Positions 1-8,643 of a stretch of DNA of 64,000 bases are shown here, piece after piece. How positions within the stretch are numbered: position 1 is the stretch's first letter; each line of letters starts with the position of its first letter. Below the pieces are notes generated by a model. It was not told where the DNA came from. It worked only from the letters and a program-made list of their open reading frames with translations, and did no database searches. The position numbers and the translations under genes were made by a program. The DNA is from Candidatus Saccharimonadota bacterium. Lineage in GTDB: Bacteria; Patescibacteriota; Saccharimonadia; Saccharimonadales; OFTM59. The stretch is taken from positions 7,985 through 71,984 of the forward strand of contig JAJDCL010000013.1 in assembly GCA_029260875.1 (NCBI GenBank), read 5' to 3'.

Positions 1-1
1 T

Positions 2-262
2 ACAAAGTTGGCTCGCTTCTTGTTAAGTTCACCTGATAATGTTGTGAAAAAGTGGGACATTGAAGATTTAGCCCGTGAAGTTTATGACGCTCACTTTGCT
101 AATGCTAAAGATGAAGAAGGATGGAAAATCAAAATAAAGGGCTACGCAAATCATTTTAATCAACAGGTAATGATAGCCTCAGGCGGCAAGATGCCCAAAT
201 TTATAGACAGCAGCAATAAAGGCGTTCTTTACTTTATAAATCCAGATTATCTCAATCTGTAA
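2..262 (+). CDS. hypothetical protein, C-terminal fragment (frame open to window start)
   Basis: The frame has no stop from nt 2. The listed ORF 8..262 begins at TTG. No motif recognised. Confidence 0.4.
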   Translation, partial: TKLARFLLSSPDNVVKKWDIEDLAREVYDAHFANAKDEEGWKIKIKGYANHFNQQVMIASGGKMPKFIDSSNKGVLYFINPDYLNL

Positions 263-313
263 AAAGCTTACTTATCCACAGATTTAAACTGATTATTTTA
301 CAGCTTCTTTGTA

Positions 314-553
314 ATGGGTTATGTGCAGGACAAGAAGAATACCCATCAACAAAATAAGGCTACGAAACAGCAGCCAGTAGACCCACAAGAACAAGCCGCA
401 CATAAAGGCGTGGCTACTGAGTTGAGTGCCGAAGCATTACACAACCTAACAGGTTGGTTTGATGTTCTTATTCAGATGGACCTTGCACAAAAAGTACGTA
501 ATGAAATAAGGAGCAAGGAAAATGGACGAGGAACAGAAAACACGAACAATTGA
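314..553 (+). CDS. hypothetical small protein (element-borne)
   Basis: 79 aa with a Gln/Lys-rich N-terminus. Overlaps the next ORF by 32 nt. No motif recognised. Confidence 0.35.
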   Translation: MGYVQDKKNTHQQNKATKQQPVDPQEQAAHKGVATELSAEALHNLTGWFDVLIQMDLAQKVRNEIRSKENGRGTENTNN

Positions 554-836
554 CCAGTTCAATAATTGGTGCGACCACTGCCAACTGTATGCAGTTAAGT
601 TTTATATCTGGAACACGGAAGCGAACCAGCTAGAAACAATCATTGACGAGGCTATAAACACACTGCCAGGCAAAGTTGGTCCAGAAGACTGGCTTAAATC
701 AATCAGAGCAAGTTTTGGTCAAACACATCACAGCGACATTCGGGATATCGTCACACAGCTTAACTTGATGCTTGAAGCCCCGTGTAAAAACGAGATTTGC
801 CAGGTTGCGTGTGCCAAGTTGAGGAGCAAGAAATGA
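522..836 (+). CDS. hypothetical protein (element-borne)
   Basis: 104 aa. AAGGAG lies about 11 nt upstream of the ATG. Cys-containing (CDHC ... CKNEIC..AC). No family recognised. Confidence 0.4.
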   Translation: MDEEQKTRTIDQFNNWCDHCQLYAVKFYIWNTEANQLETIIDEAINTLPGKVGPEDWLKSIRASFGQTHHSDIRDIVTQLNLMLEAPCKNEICQVACAKLRSKK

Positions 837-955
837 GGCTGCTTTACTCGGTACTCCAAAAGTCACTGCGAAAGTGCATTGATTGGCTTATGAGCTTTTG
901 GCTCTGGGCTAACAAGCAGGAAAAGAAGTTAGAGGAGCGAAAGCGATGGAAGTGA
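833..955 (+). CDS. possible 40-aa coupled small ORF (MRLLYSVLQKSLRKCIDWLMSFWLWANKQEKKLEERKRWK)
   Basis: Found by hand; below the ORF-track cutoff. Its ATG overlaps the previous TGA (ATGA), and its stop overlaps the start region of the next gene. It fills an otherwise empty 110-nt gap. Confidence 0.25.
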   Translation: MRLLYSVLQKSLRKCIDWLMSFWLWANKQEKKLEERKRWK

Positions 956-1257
956 CAGAAGTAAACATCGTGCCTGTCAAAGCTGTTGATGGTTTAGTGG
1001 CTTTTGCCAGCTGTGTGGTCAATGGTCAGCTGTATCTTGGCTCAATGGGCGTGCATCGCCGCCTAGACGGCTCAGGCTACCGCATTACCTACCCAACAAA
1101 GCGGATTGGCAGTCGTGAGCTGAACTACTATCATCCGCTCAACAAACAAGCTGGAAGTGCCATTGAACAAGCTATCGTTGCCAAGTGCAACGAGCTTTTT
1201 GAAAGAAGTGATGACAATTATGGTAGACACAGTAAAACTACTGCTGACAATCAATGA
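946..1257 (+). CDS. SpoVG-family-like protein
   Basis: MEVTEVNIVPVK..DGLVAFASCVVNGQLYLGSMGVHRR.DGSGYRITYPTK....LNYYHPLNKQAGSAIEQAIV follows the SpoVG pattern (MEVTDVRL...KA.ASI..D..F.V..I.V......F.AMPS......D..HP.N...R..I..A.). AGAGGAG SD lies upstream. Confidence 0.6.
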   Translation: MEVTEVNIVPVKAVDGLVAFASCVVNGQLYLGSMGVHRRLDGSGYRITYPTKRIGSRELNYYHPLNKQAGSAIEQAIVAKCNELFERSDDNYGRHSKTTADNQ

Positions 1258-2350
1258 CCCGATGATTTTGCATAGAGGTGCATTCTCACCATTGTCTGTA
1301 CAGCAACTAGTAGGTACGAGAGGCAACCAAAGAACATACCTAAACCCCTCGCCAACCTACGCCAAGATGGGCAAGTATATGCCCCGCTTAACGTTACACC
1401 GCAGACCAAACAAAACTAGGGGCGTTGTGTACCAACTGGCTATCGAGTTTTCTGCACCGAAACTTCTGTTCAAGCAAAACTTTGACGAAGTTACAGAAGC
1501 AGATTTTGAGCCAATTATCGCTGCCTTGCAGCAGTGTATCTTTGAGCTAACTGGTCATAAGTTTTTCCCTCATCAGTTAAAAGAGGCTGAGGTCAATGCG
1601 TGGCATCCGTGCAAGAACGTCGTGTTTATGGATTACACCTCGTGCCAGACCATCCTAAACACAATCGGCAAGTTGGATATAAGCCGCACCTACGACTTGC
1701 AGCGGACTAACTTTAGAGATGGTCACGTCATTCACATCCATTGCAACTCTTTAGATATAGCCTTTTACGACAAGCTGGCTGACCTGCGTCGTGCCAAAAT
1801 AAGTGAAAAACGAGCCTTTGAAAAAGATAACCGCATACAGATGAGCTTGCTTGAACCACTTCGTGAAGTTGCACCTATTGAAGTGTTGCGTTACGAAGTT
1901 CGGCTTGTTGGTAAAAAAGCCGTCGAGCGTGCATACCCAGATATTGAGGCTAGAACATTCGAGGGTCTGTATAAGAAACAGCTATGCCAAGGATTACTGC
2001 TTGAACACTGGGGCAAGTTAACAGCATCAGTAAATATGCTTTCCCTAGACGAGAAACGTCCTTACCAGCTGTTCCAAAACTATTTGATAGAAAACCCTGA
2101 TGCTACGCCGCAAGCTGCACTGGCTGCTACTGCTGTGCTACTCATCAACGGACAAGAGGGCGTACGGAACTTACGCAACCTGATTGAAGCAGCCTATACA
2201 GACACAACTTGGTACAGGATTAAAAAGCTCGCTAAAGCACCTAAAGCACACCGCTTTTCACACTTCCAGCGAGTAACAGACACACTGGAAACATTCACGC
2301 CAACAAAGTTGAGCGAGTATTTAAAACATATTGAAAATAGTAGCAACTAA
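1211..2350 (+). CDS. hypothetical protein, candidate replication initiator (phage/plasmid gene II/X-like N-terminus)
   Basis: The track ORF 1157..2350 overlaps the SpoVG-like gene. The in-frame ATG at 1211 (MTIMVDTVKLLLTI...) is more likely. The N-terminal M-x-D-x-x-x-L-x-L motif and the size resemble filamentous-phage/plasmid Rep proteins. The product call is weak. Confidence 0.5.
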   Translation: MTIMVDTVKLLLTINDPMILHRGAFSPLSVQQLVGTRGNQRTYLNPSPTYAKMGKYMPRLTLHRRPNKTRGVVYQLAIEFSAPKLLFKQNFDEVTEADFEPIIAALQQCIFELTGHKFFPHQLKEAEVNAWHPCKNVVFMDYTSCQTILNTIGKLDISRTYDLQRTNFRDGHVIHIHCNSLDIAFYDKLADLRRAKISEKRAFEKDNRIQMSLLEPLREVAPIEVLRYEVRLVGKKAVERAYPDIEARTFEGLYKKQLCQGLLLEHWGKLTASVNMLSLDEKRPYQLFQNYLIENPDATPQAALAATAVLLINGQEGVRNLRNLIEAAYTDTTWYRIKKLAKAPKAHRFSHFQRVTDTLETFTPTKLSEYLKHIENSSN

Positions 2351-2376
2351 TGTTAAGTTAATAAGGAGTAATAGTT

Positions 2377-3876
2377 ATGGAAAAGAAAATAATACTTATA
2401 GCCAGAGTTTCAGACATAGAGCAACGCAAAGCATTGCCAGCTCAAAAGCAACGGCTAGAAAATTACGCAAGGCAGATAGGTTCAACTTGGAAATACTACG
2501 AGTTTGACGAAAGTGCCTATAAAGACGACAGGCAAAAGTTTGCAACGTTGATTGAAGATAAGGTTCAGTCACTCAAACAACCAGCCATAATCGTCTTTGA
2601 CAAGATTGACCGTTTTACCCGTGATGCCTCACAAAGAGAAGTGCGAATAATGAGCAACCTGGTTGAAAAAGGTAGCATTGAAATACACTTCCCATCAGAC
2701 AACCTGTTCATTACGCAAAACTCGCCAGCGACTGATTTATTTAGGCTCGGCATCGGTATGCTACTGGCAAAATACTATTCAGATGCCAGTCGTGATAATG
2801 TAAAACGCCGTTTTGAACAAATGCTAAATGACGGCATCTGGGTACACAGAGCACCAATCGGCTACAAGAATGTGCTAAAAGGCGGTACACCGCAGAAACC
2901 AATCAAGGACATAGAAGTTGACGAGAACAAGGCACACTACATTGTAAAAGCATTTGAACTGCGTGCTATGGGCAAACCGTATGCGGTTATTGCTAAGGAA
3001 CTTGGAGCAATGGGCTTTCGCAGTAATATCGCCAACAGCAAAGCACCAAACAAGGCGTTCTTAGAACGAATACTGAACAATAAGTTTTACTTCGGTGTTA
3101 TGGTCCACTCTGGCAGAGAGTACAAACATAACTATCCGCCACTGATAAGCCAAGCGTTATTCCGTGAGTGTCAGCGTGTCAAAGAAGAACGCAAGCACGA
3201 GAAAACTAAATACGACAGCAAAGACTACCGCTTTAAGAAAATCGTAAAGTGCGGCAAATGTAAGCGTGCCGTATCGCCATTCCAAGCTCGCAATACCGTT
3301 TACCTACGTTGTGCTAACAATAAGTGCCATAATGCAAACACGGCTGAAAGTCTTATACTGGATGGTGTGACAGCGGACGTAACCTATGTAGATGTGCCAG
3401 AAGAATGGATTGACCAGGTCATTGCTGAATTACGCAACAGGCACGATAACCAGCAGCTGTACTTCACTCAGAACATTGAACAGACCAGGAACGAATACGA
3501 CAAAATCAAAGGCAAAATGCGAAAGATTTACCACGATTTGCTTGATGGGCGTATTACTCAGGATATGCACGACGAAATTGCTAATGAGCTAGAAGCTCGG
3601 CAGCAAGAATTGAATGACCGCCTAAAGTTGCTAACAAGCGATAACAAGTCGTTCCAAGTGACTGCTTCTTATCTGTTAGACCTAGCCCAACGCTCTGCTG
3701 AGCTGTTCAGAACAAGCGATGAAGCGTTGCAACAGAAACTTTTGGAATATGTACTTTCAAACATTGAATTAAAGGACAAAAAGCTGTCTTATATACTAAA
3801 CGACCCCTTTAGAACCATCGTTGAGGCAAAGAAAAAGAGCCTTTCGGCTCATAATTCAAATATTTGGTGCGGGTAA
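2377..3876 (+). CDS. large serine recombinase (serine integrase)
   Basis: N-terminal resolvase motif IILIARVSDIEQRKALPAQKQRL (catalytic Ser in RVSD). Recombinase domain. Zinc ribbon CGKCKRAVSP...LRCANNKCHN. C-terminal coiled coil. Strong SD AAGGAG. Confidence 0.9.
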   Translation: MEKKIILIARVSDIEQRKALPAQKQRLENYARQIGSTWKYYEFDESAYKDDRQKFATLIEDKVQSLKQPAIIVFDKIDRFTRDASQREVRIMSNLVEKGSIEIHFPSDNLFITQNSPATDLFRLGIGMLLAKYYSDASRDNVKRRFEQMLNDGIWVHRAPIGYKNVLKGGTPQKPIKDIEVDENKAHYIVKAFELRAMGKPYAVIAKELGAMGFRSNIANSKAPNKAFLERILNNKFYFGVMVHSGREYKHNYPPLISQALFRECQRVKEERKHEKTKYDSKDYRFKKIVKCGKCKRAVSPFQARNTVYLRCANNKCHNANTAESLILDGVTADVTYVDVPEEWIDQVIAELRNRHDNQQLYFTQNIEQTRNEYDKIKGKMRKIYHDLLDGRITQDMHDEIANELEARQQELNDRLKLLTSDNKSFQVTASYLLDLAQRSAELFRTSDEALQQKLLEYVLSNIELKDKKLSYILNDPFRTIVEAKKKSLSAHNSNIWCG

Positions 3877-3941
3877 AGGGACTCTAACCCTTGGCCTCGT
3901 CCTTGGCAAGGACGCGCTCTAAACAACTGAGCTACACCCGC
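3865..3941 (-). tRNA. tRNA-Gly (anticodon GCC), CCA encoded
   Basis: The minus strand reads GCGGGTGTAGCTCAGTTGTTTAGAGCGCGTCCTTGCCAAGGACGAGGCCAAGGGTTAGAGTCCCTTTACCCGCACCA. This folds as a cloverleaf with anticodon loop TTGCCAA. The 3' 12 nt overlap the integrase stop. Confidence 0.9.
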
Positions 3942-3974
3942 ATGTTTGAACTAACACATTTTGTCAGAGTTCTC

Positions 3975-4128
3975 TGAGTTTTTAAAGAGTGCGTTCTTGG
4001 CCTGGCAAGGACGGCCACACTAGCGCGACCCCGAAACTTTCATACTTTAAACCATTTTAAAATCTGAAAGATTGCCTTGCAAGCTGCCATCGGGCAGTTC
4101 TCATTCTAAACAACTGAGCTACACCCGC
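3975..4128 (-). pseudogene. decayed tRNA-Gly copy (perfect 5' 24 nt, about 90-nt unrelated insert, degenerate anticodon/T-arm remnants)
   Basis: 4105..4130 is a perfect 26-nt direct repeat of 3918..3943 (tRNA nt 1-24 plus 2 upstream nt), and the D-stem is broken after it. 3996..4013 matches the tRNA anticodon/variable region with a 7-nt deletion. Weak similarity continues to CTCTTTA (vs CCCTTTA). Confidence 0.5.
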
Positions 4129-4141
4129 ATAACAGATACAC

Positions 4142-4169
4142 AGTATAGCGCATGGTCTAATAAGTACAA
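4142..4169 (-). promoter_or_regulatory. sigma70-like promoter upstream of the tRNA-Gly remnant
   Basis: On the minus strand: TTGTAC, 16 nt, TATACT, ending 13 nt before the 5' end of the remnant at 4128. No comparable box lies directly before the intact tRNA. Confidence 0.4.
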
Positions 4170-4179
4170 ATGCTAACTT

Positions 4180-6135
4180 TTAGTTTTCGTCGCGCATATC
4201 TCGGATTGGGTTGCGACGCAGGTTGCGTAAAAGTGGGAATAAAGCGCTGATAAGACCTGCAAAAAGTGTTAACCCAAGTAGATAAATCATATCAGGACCG
4301 TGAAACGCAAAGAGTTTAAAGGTTTTTGTAAGATCCTGAGCATTATAAGCCACGAGTGCTTGCAGGGTGAACTCTGACGCATAGCGCCCTTCAATAAACT
4401 GCGAAAGCCCATAGCCCACTACAACAGCAAAAAGACATATTAATACCGATAGAATAATGGTATAGAGCACATAGATCTGAGCAATGTCAAACTTTTTGGC
4501 GCCAATTGCGCGAAAGACGGCTGTTTCGCGCCGACTATCGGCAATGATTCTTCCGACCGTACCAATCATAATTATCGCGGCGATGATAGCCACAACCAGT
4601 GCGGCTACCCGGAAGAATTTGCCAAAACCGTTTTTGACTGATTCAAGGGCCAGGCTGTTGCTGCCGTAAGGTATAAGTTGAAAAACTTTACCTTGTTTGG
4701 CGCATTCTGCGAACGGATCATCACCCGGCGCACCCACAGAGCCAGTTGAAATACTTATGTTGCCAAAGTCTGGATTACAGTTTTCTTTATCAATGAATTG
4801 CTTAGCCAAGTCGGCACTTGGGAATTCTACGAATGGACTATTCTCATAGGGGTTCATCATATTAATGTCACCCGAAAAGTTTTGCTTGAGAGCTGGCGTA
4901 GATTCTTCTAGCTCAATTGGAGTAAACCAGTAACTCTGATAGCCCAGCGACGAGCCAACCAAACTACTCACTAATCCCGTGACAACCGAAGCTCCAAAGG
5001 CTGGTGGCTCGGGCAAAACACCAATAACCCTAAAGCTAACTATGGACTGTGCGGGAGCCTCCGTGCCAAAGAGACTGTCGAACTGCTCCTGCTTGTCGGC
5101 TAAGGTTTTTTCTTCTGGTGTTCGGACGTCACGAATAATTGGTACCGCACCACATGGGTCTTTTGGCAGACCATACTGCAGGCTGGGTCTTTGATATTCT
5201 TTGTTATTTTTGTTCTGCTCTATCTCTTGTTGAACCCGGACGGCGCTGTTCACGAGCTCTAATGACGCGCTGTTGCGCTGGCAGACTTGGAATTTGAGAT
5301 TGGGGGCACCTGCCCTGACGGCCTTAATTCTCTCTAGGCGCTCGGGTGGTTTAGCATTAGAAGACAATGGCTTCAGCCCGAGAAGCTGTTCGACGGCGGA
5401 GTATGGAGCTAGGACCGGCAGGCTGCCATCCTCGCCGACAGCGTAGCTACTATCGGGCAAGGTAAATGGCTTTAACATATCTTGGCTGATCAAACTCCAG
5501 GATTGAGTAAACGAATCTGTGCCGATTGGCGGACCAAATTGCTGCTGAGTATTATCTTGTTCTAGTGGTTCCTTGCCATCTTTCATAACCTTTAAGATTG
5601 GATTGCTTTGGCCAAGAATTAAAGACTTTTTCTGGTAGTAACCATTGGCTTGATATGGCGCGGCTAGTTTCTCTAGATCAGCTCGTCCGGGCAATGGGTG
5701 AATCGCCAAATTTTCCTTCAGCGCTTGGCGCGCCGCTGGATGTTCGGGATTTAGAAAAGTTTGCTTGGGAATTGAGCCAAGTATTTCCTCCACGGGAGGT
5801 GGGTCAGTGGCTGCGTCGTATTCTATGCCTAGGCGCTTGGCCTCGGCTTTCTTGCGGGCAACCAATTCTTGGTGAATGGCCACGGCTCGTTTATTGAGTT
5901 CTGGGTTTGACTGAGAATCTAGTGCCCCCTGTGTCACAGCCTGTACTATGTAGCGCTCACCCAGGCCTTCTTTGCTAAAAGATTGGACGCTAGAGAAAGC
6001 GCCACGCATAACAAACGAAGCTGCAGACAAACCACTCAACAAAAGACCAGCAATAACAGTAGTCACAACAAGGCGTATTTTACGAGTCTTAACCTTTGTA
6101 AGGGCTAGCTTGGAGGCATCACTTAGGCGAATCAT
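4180..6135 (-). CDS. ABC transporter permease, FtsX/MacB-like with large extracytoplasmic domain
   Basis: N-terminal TM, a roughly 480-aa external region, and a C-terminal 3-TM FtsX module (..[33 protein letters not shown]..). 4-nt overlap with the upstream ATPase gene. Confidence 0.85.
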   Translation of the reverse strand: MIRLSDASKLALTKVKTRKIRLVVTTVIAGLLLSGLSAASFVMRGAFSSVQSFSKEGLGERYIVQAVTQGALDSQSNPELNKRAVAIHQELVARKKAEAKRLGIEYDAATDPPPVEEILGSIPKQTFLNPEHPAARQALKENLAIHPLPGRADLEKLAAPYQANGYYQKKSLILGQSNPILKVMKDGKEPLEQDNTQQQFGPPIGTDSFTQSWSLISQDMLKPFTLPDSSYAVGEDGSLPVLAPYSAVEQLLGLKPLSSNAKPPERLERIKAVRAGAPNLKFQVCQRNSASLELVNSAVRVQQEIEQNKNNKEYQRPSLQYGLPKDPCGAVPIIRDVRTPEEKTLADKQEQFDSLFGTEAPAQSIVSFRVIGVLPEPPAFGASVVTGLVSSLVGSSLGYQSYWFTPIELEESTPALKQNFSGDINMMNPYENSPFVEFPSADLAKQFIDKENCNPDFGNISISTGSVGAPGDDPFAECAKQGKVFQLIPYGSNSLALESVKNGFGKFFRVAALVVAIIAAIIMIGTVGRIIADSRRETAVFRAIGAKKFDIAQIYVLYTIILSVLICLFAVVVGYGLSQFIEGRYASEFTLQALVAYNAQDLTKTFKLFAFHGPDMIYLLGLTLFAGLISALFPLLRNLRRNPIRDMRDEN

Positions 6136-7016
6136 ACCTGTAGCCTTTCCCCGTCCTTCATAACTATCTCACGGTCTGCCCTAGATGCTACCTTTGCATC
6201 ATGCGTGACAACAATAACGGTGGTCCCAAAATCATGGCGAATTTTATCAAACAGATCAATAATCCCTCGCCCATTTACGCTGTCAAGATTACCTGTTGGC
6301 TCGTCCGCTAAAATAACTTTCGGGTTGTTAAGTAGCGCTCGAGCAATGGCTGCGCGTTGCATTTGGCCACCAGATAACTCCTTGGGCATGTGGCGCAGGC
6401 GGTCTTCTAGGCCCACAGCCACTGCTAGTTCTTTAGTTCTGGCTACACGCACTCCGCGCCTCTCACGGGCAAACATACCTGGGACCTCTAAATTTGTCTG
6501 CAAACGTAAAAATGGTTGAAGATAAAAGAACTGGAACACAAACCCGACAGTTTTGTTACGAAAGATTGATAGCTTCCTGTCGCTGAGCTTGGCCAGCTTT
6601 TTGCCATCGACGCTTACAAGGCCCTTTGTAGGCTTATCCAACCCGCCGATAAGTTGCAGTAGCGTGCTCTTACCACTGCCACTAGCGCCGGTAATTGCCA
6701 CAAACTCCCCCTGCTGTATGGTAAGGCTCACCTCTTTTAGAGCATTGACTTTTTGTTTACCTAACTTATATGTTTTTGAGACATCTTCAAGCCTAATCAC
6801 TACAGGCGCGTCCTCTGCGACTTTATAGCTGTCCGCATTTTGGCTCACGTTTTCAGCCGCCACATCAGCCAATGCCTGTTGAGCTAATTCTAGATTGTTG
6901 TCAAAAGCGTTTAAAAACTCGCGCGCCTTTGCCGTGGGTGACGCAACGTTCATCGGGAGTTGGGGCGCGCTCTTCATAGTAGATAATATGATAATACCAT
7001 TAACAATATCAATCAC
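6132..7016 (-). CDS. ABC transporter ATP-binding protein (MacB/LolD-type)
   Basis: Walker [12 protein letters not shown], signature [15 protein letters not shown], Walker [13 protein letters not shown] roughly 70-aa N-terminal extension means the true start may be internal. Confidence 0.9.
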   Translation of the reverse strand: MIDIVNGIIILSTMKSAPQLPMNVASPTAKAREFLNAFDNNLELAQQALADVAAENVSQNADSYKVAEDAPVVIRLEDVSKTYKLGKQKVNALKEVSLTIQQGEFVAITGASGSGKSTLLQLIGGLDKPTKGLVSVDGKKLAKLSDRKLSIFRNKTVGFVFQFFYLQPFLRLQTNLEVPGMFARERRGVRVARTKELAVAVGLEDRLRHMPKELSGGQMQRAAIARALLNNPKVILADEPTGNLDSVNGRGIIDLFDKIRHDFGTTVIVVTHDAKVASRADREIVMKDGERLQV

Positions 7017-7071
7017 GCATGCACGGACTTGAACTAAAGAGATAATTACCTTAGAATACCCTGGTCAGCGT

Positions 7072-7147
7072 GGCTCTTTAGCTCAGTTGGTAGAGCAGAG
7101 GCTTGAAGAGCCTTGTGTCCCCAGTTCGAGTCTGGGAGGAGCCACCA
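7072..7147 (+). tRNA. tRNA-Phe (anticodon GAA), CCA encoded
   Basis: GGCTCTTTAGCTCAGTTGGTAGAGCAGAGGCTTGAAGAGCCTTGTGTCCCCAGTTCGAGTCTGGGAGGAGCCACCA. Anticodon loop TTGAAGA. Confidence 0.9.
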
Positions 7148-7149
7148 TA

Positions 7150-7181
7150 GAAAATGCCTCAGCTTCGGTTGGGGCATTTTC
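7150..7181. terminator. bidirectional intrinsic terminator between tRNA-Phe and the MazG-like gene
   Basis: AAAATGCCTCAGC-TTCG-GTTGGGGCATTTT forms a roughly 13-bp stem with a UUCG tetraloop. A/T runs flank both sides. Confidence 0.6.
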
Positions 7182-7197
7182 TATGTTTGATAGCTTG

Positions 7198-7515
7198 TTA
7201 CTTTTTCTTCTTAAAGCGGCCTTTGTCTCTTGTCTCCAGTTTGGCTATGGATTTTTCTAGTGCTTTATCCAAATCAATGCCTTCTGTATTCGCAAGACAG
7301 ATAATGCTGTACATGATATCGGCCAGCTCATCTGCGAGTTCTTCATGTGTCTCCCCAACTTTCTTGGGCTTGTCACCGTACTTGTGGTTCAGAATACGAG
7401 AGACTTCTCCGACCTCTTCTATAATGCGCGCTAGCTGACTAAGCTGATGCCAATACGGCTTCTCGTAGGCCTGTAGTTCGGCGTCCATCTTTTGCTGGTA
7501 GTGTTTTAGGCTCAT
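7198..7515 (-). CDS. MazG-like nucleotide pyrophosphohydrolase
   Basis: Paired acidic motifs IIEEVGEVSRIL and HEELADELADIMYSIICLAN. Size of about 100 aa. Confidence 0.8.
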   Translation of the reverse strand: MSLKHYQQKMDAELQAYEKPYWHQLSQLARIIEEVGEVSRILNHKYGDKPKKVGETHEELADELADIMYSIICLANTEGIDLDKALEKSIAKLETRDKGRFKKKK

Positions 7516-8267
7516 TGCCTGTTTTGGCGTAGGACATCTATCAATTCCATCGGAAACGCAAAGAAGGTTTTCTGTGAAGGTTCTGCAGAGATACGTTCAA
7601 GTGTGTTTAGGGTACGAAGGTTAATCGCACCAGGCGTACCGCTAAGTAGTTTTGCGGCGTCAGCTAGTGTCTGAGCCACCATTCGCTCGGCATCGGCGTT
7701 AATTACGTTTGCACGACGCTCACGCTCAGCCTCGGCCTGCTTAGCCATTGCCCGTTTCATATCCTGTGGCAGCTCAATGTTTTGAAGCTTGACGTTTTCA
7801 ACATCAATACCCCATTTGTCGGTTTCGGCGTCCACGATCTGCTTTATCTGCGTACTAACTTCTTCTCGCTTACCAAGAAGCTCGTCTAGCTCAACATTGC
7901 CCACTACATCCCGAAGAGCTGCTTGAGCAAACTGCGAGGTGGCGTAAGTATAGTTTGTTGTCTCAAGTACGGCTTTGGCCGGATCAACAACGCGAAAGTA
8001 AACTACTGCGTCAACACCAATCGTAACGTTGTCTTTTGTGATTACCTCTTGCTTTGGCACATCAACAGGCGTAGAGCGCACATCAACTTTACGAATAGTC
8101 TGAATTATAGGGATAATGATGTTGAAGCCTGGGTTACGCATGCCAGTAAACTTCCCAAGCGTTAAGATAATCCCGCGTTCGTATTGATTAATAATACGAA
8201 TTCCGTTGACCAACACTATAAAAACTACTACGAGAAAAGCTAGAAACATAACAACCTTGGCCTCCAT
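7512..8267 (-). CDS. SPFH/band-7 (stomatin/slipin-like) membrane protein
   Basis: N-terminal TM, then ..YERGIILTLGKFTGMRNPGFNIIIPIIQTIRKVDVR...VITKDNVTIGVDAVVYFRVVDP.. and an Ala/Glu-rich coiled tail. Confidence 0.9.
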   Translation of the reverse strand: MEAKVVMFLAFLVVVFIVLVNGIRIINQYERGIILTLGKFTGMRNPGFNIIIPIIQTIRKVDVRSTPVDVPKQEVITKDNVTIGVDAVVYFRVVDPAKAVLETTNYTYATSQFAQAALRDVVGNVELDELLGKREEVSTQIKQIVDAETDKWGIDVENVKLQNIELPQDMKRAMAKQAEAERERRANVINADAERMVAQTLADAAKLLSGTPGAINLRTLNTLERISAEPSQKTFFAFPMELIDVLRQNRQ

Positions 8268-8555
8268 TATGTCTTTATTGTAGGTCTAGAAGACAAAATA
8301 CCAAAATAATTATTGCAATCTATCGGTTTTGCGACCTTCATAACCCCCGGCATGTTGTTTAATATCGCGCCTAGGATCTATAATCGCACTCTTTACGGAG
8401 GCAGTGGCTGTGAGTGTAAAAAATTCTACTGGTATGGTTCGCCACTAACAAGACAAACATTTTAATATTGGTCAGTCAAACCGTCCACGTAATTGCTGTT
8501 GGTAATTTGAGGTTGTACGCAAAAATAAGTTAAGATAATAGTATAGTACTTAAGA

Positions 8556-8643
8556 AGCGCGAGTGGCGGAATTGGTAGACGCGCTAGCTTCAGGGGCTAG
8601 TGGGCTTCGGCTCATGGAGGTTCAAGTCCTCTCTCGCGCACCA
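8556..8643 (+). tRNA. tRNA-Leu (anticodon CAG), long variable arm, CCA encoded
   Basis: GCGCGAGTGGCGGAATTGGTAGACGCGCTAGCTTCAGGGGCTAGTGGGCTTCGGCTCATGGAGGTTCAAGTCCTCTCTCGCGCACCA. Confidence 0.9.

Larger units (their letters stand above)
1..3941 (+). mobile_element. Right-hand part of an integrated element (left end outside window): packed same-strand small ORFs, SpoVG-like gene, Rep candidate, large serine recombinase abutting tRNA-Gly
   Basis: All ORFs 2..3876 are co-oriented and tightly packed or overlapping, with phage/plasmid-like content. The recombinase stop codon overlaps the tRNA-Gly 3' end. A tRNA-Gly remnant lies beyond it. The right boundary is uncertain (3865-4104). Confidence 0.6.

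Noticed and set aside
1072-1326. Minus-strand 84-aa ORF, and the upstream start (1157) of the Rep-like ORF
   Set aside because: The minus ORF is antisense to the SpoVG-like gene and the Rep junction and has no signals. The 1157 start would overlap the SpoVG-like gene by 100 nt, so the in-frame ATG at 1211 is preferred.
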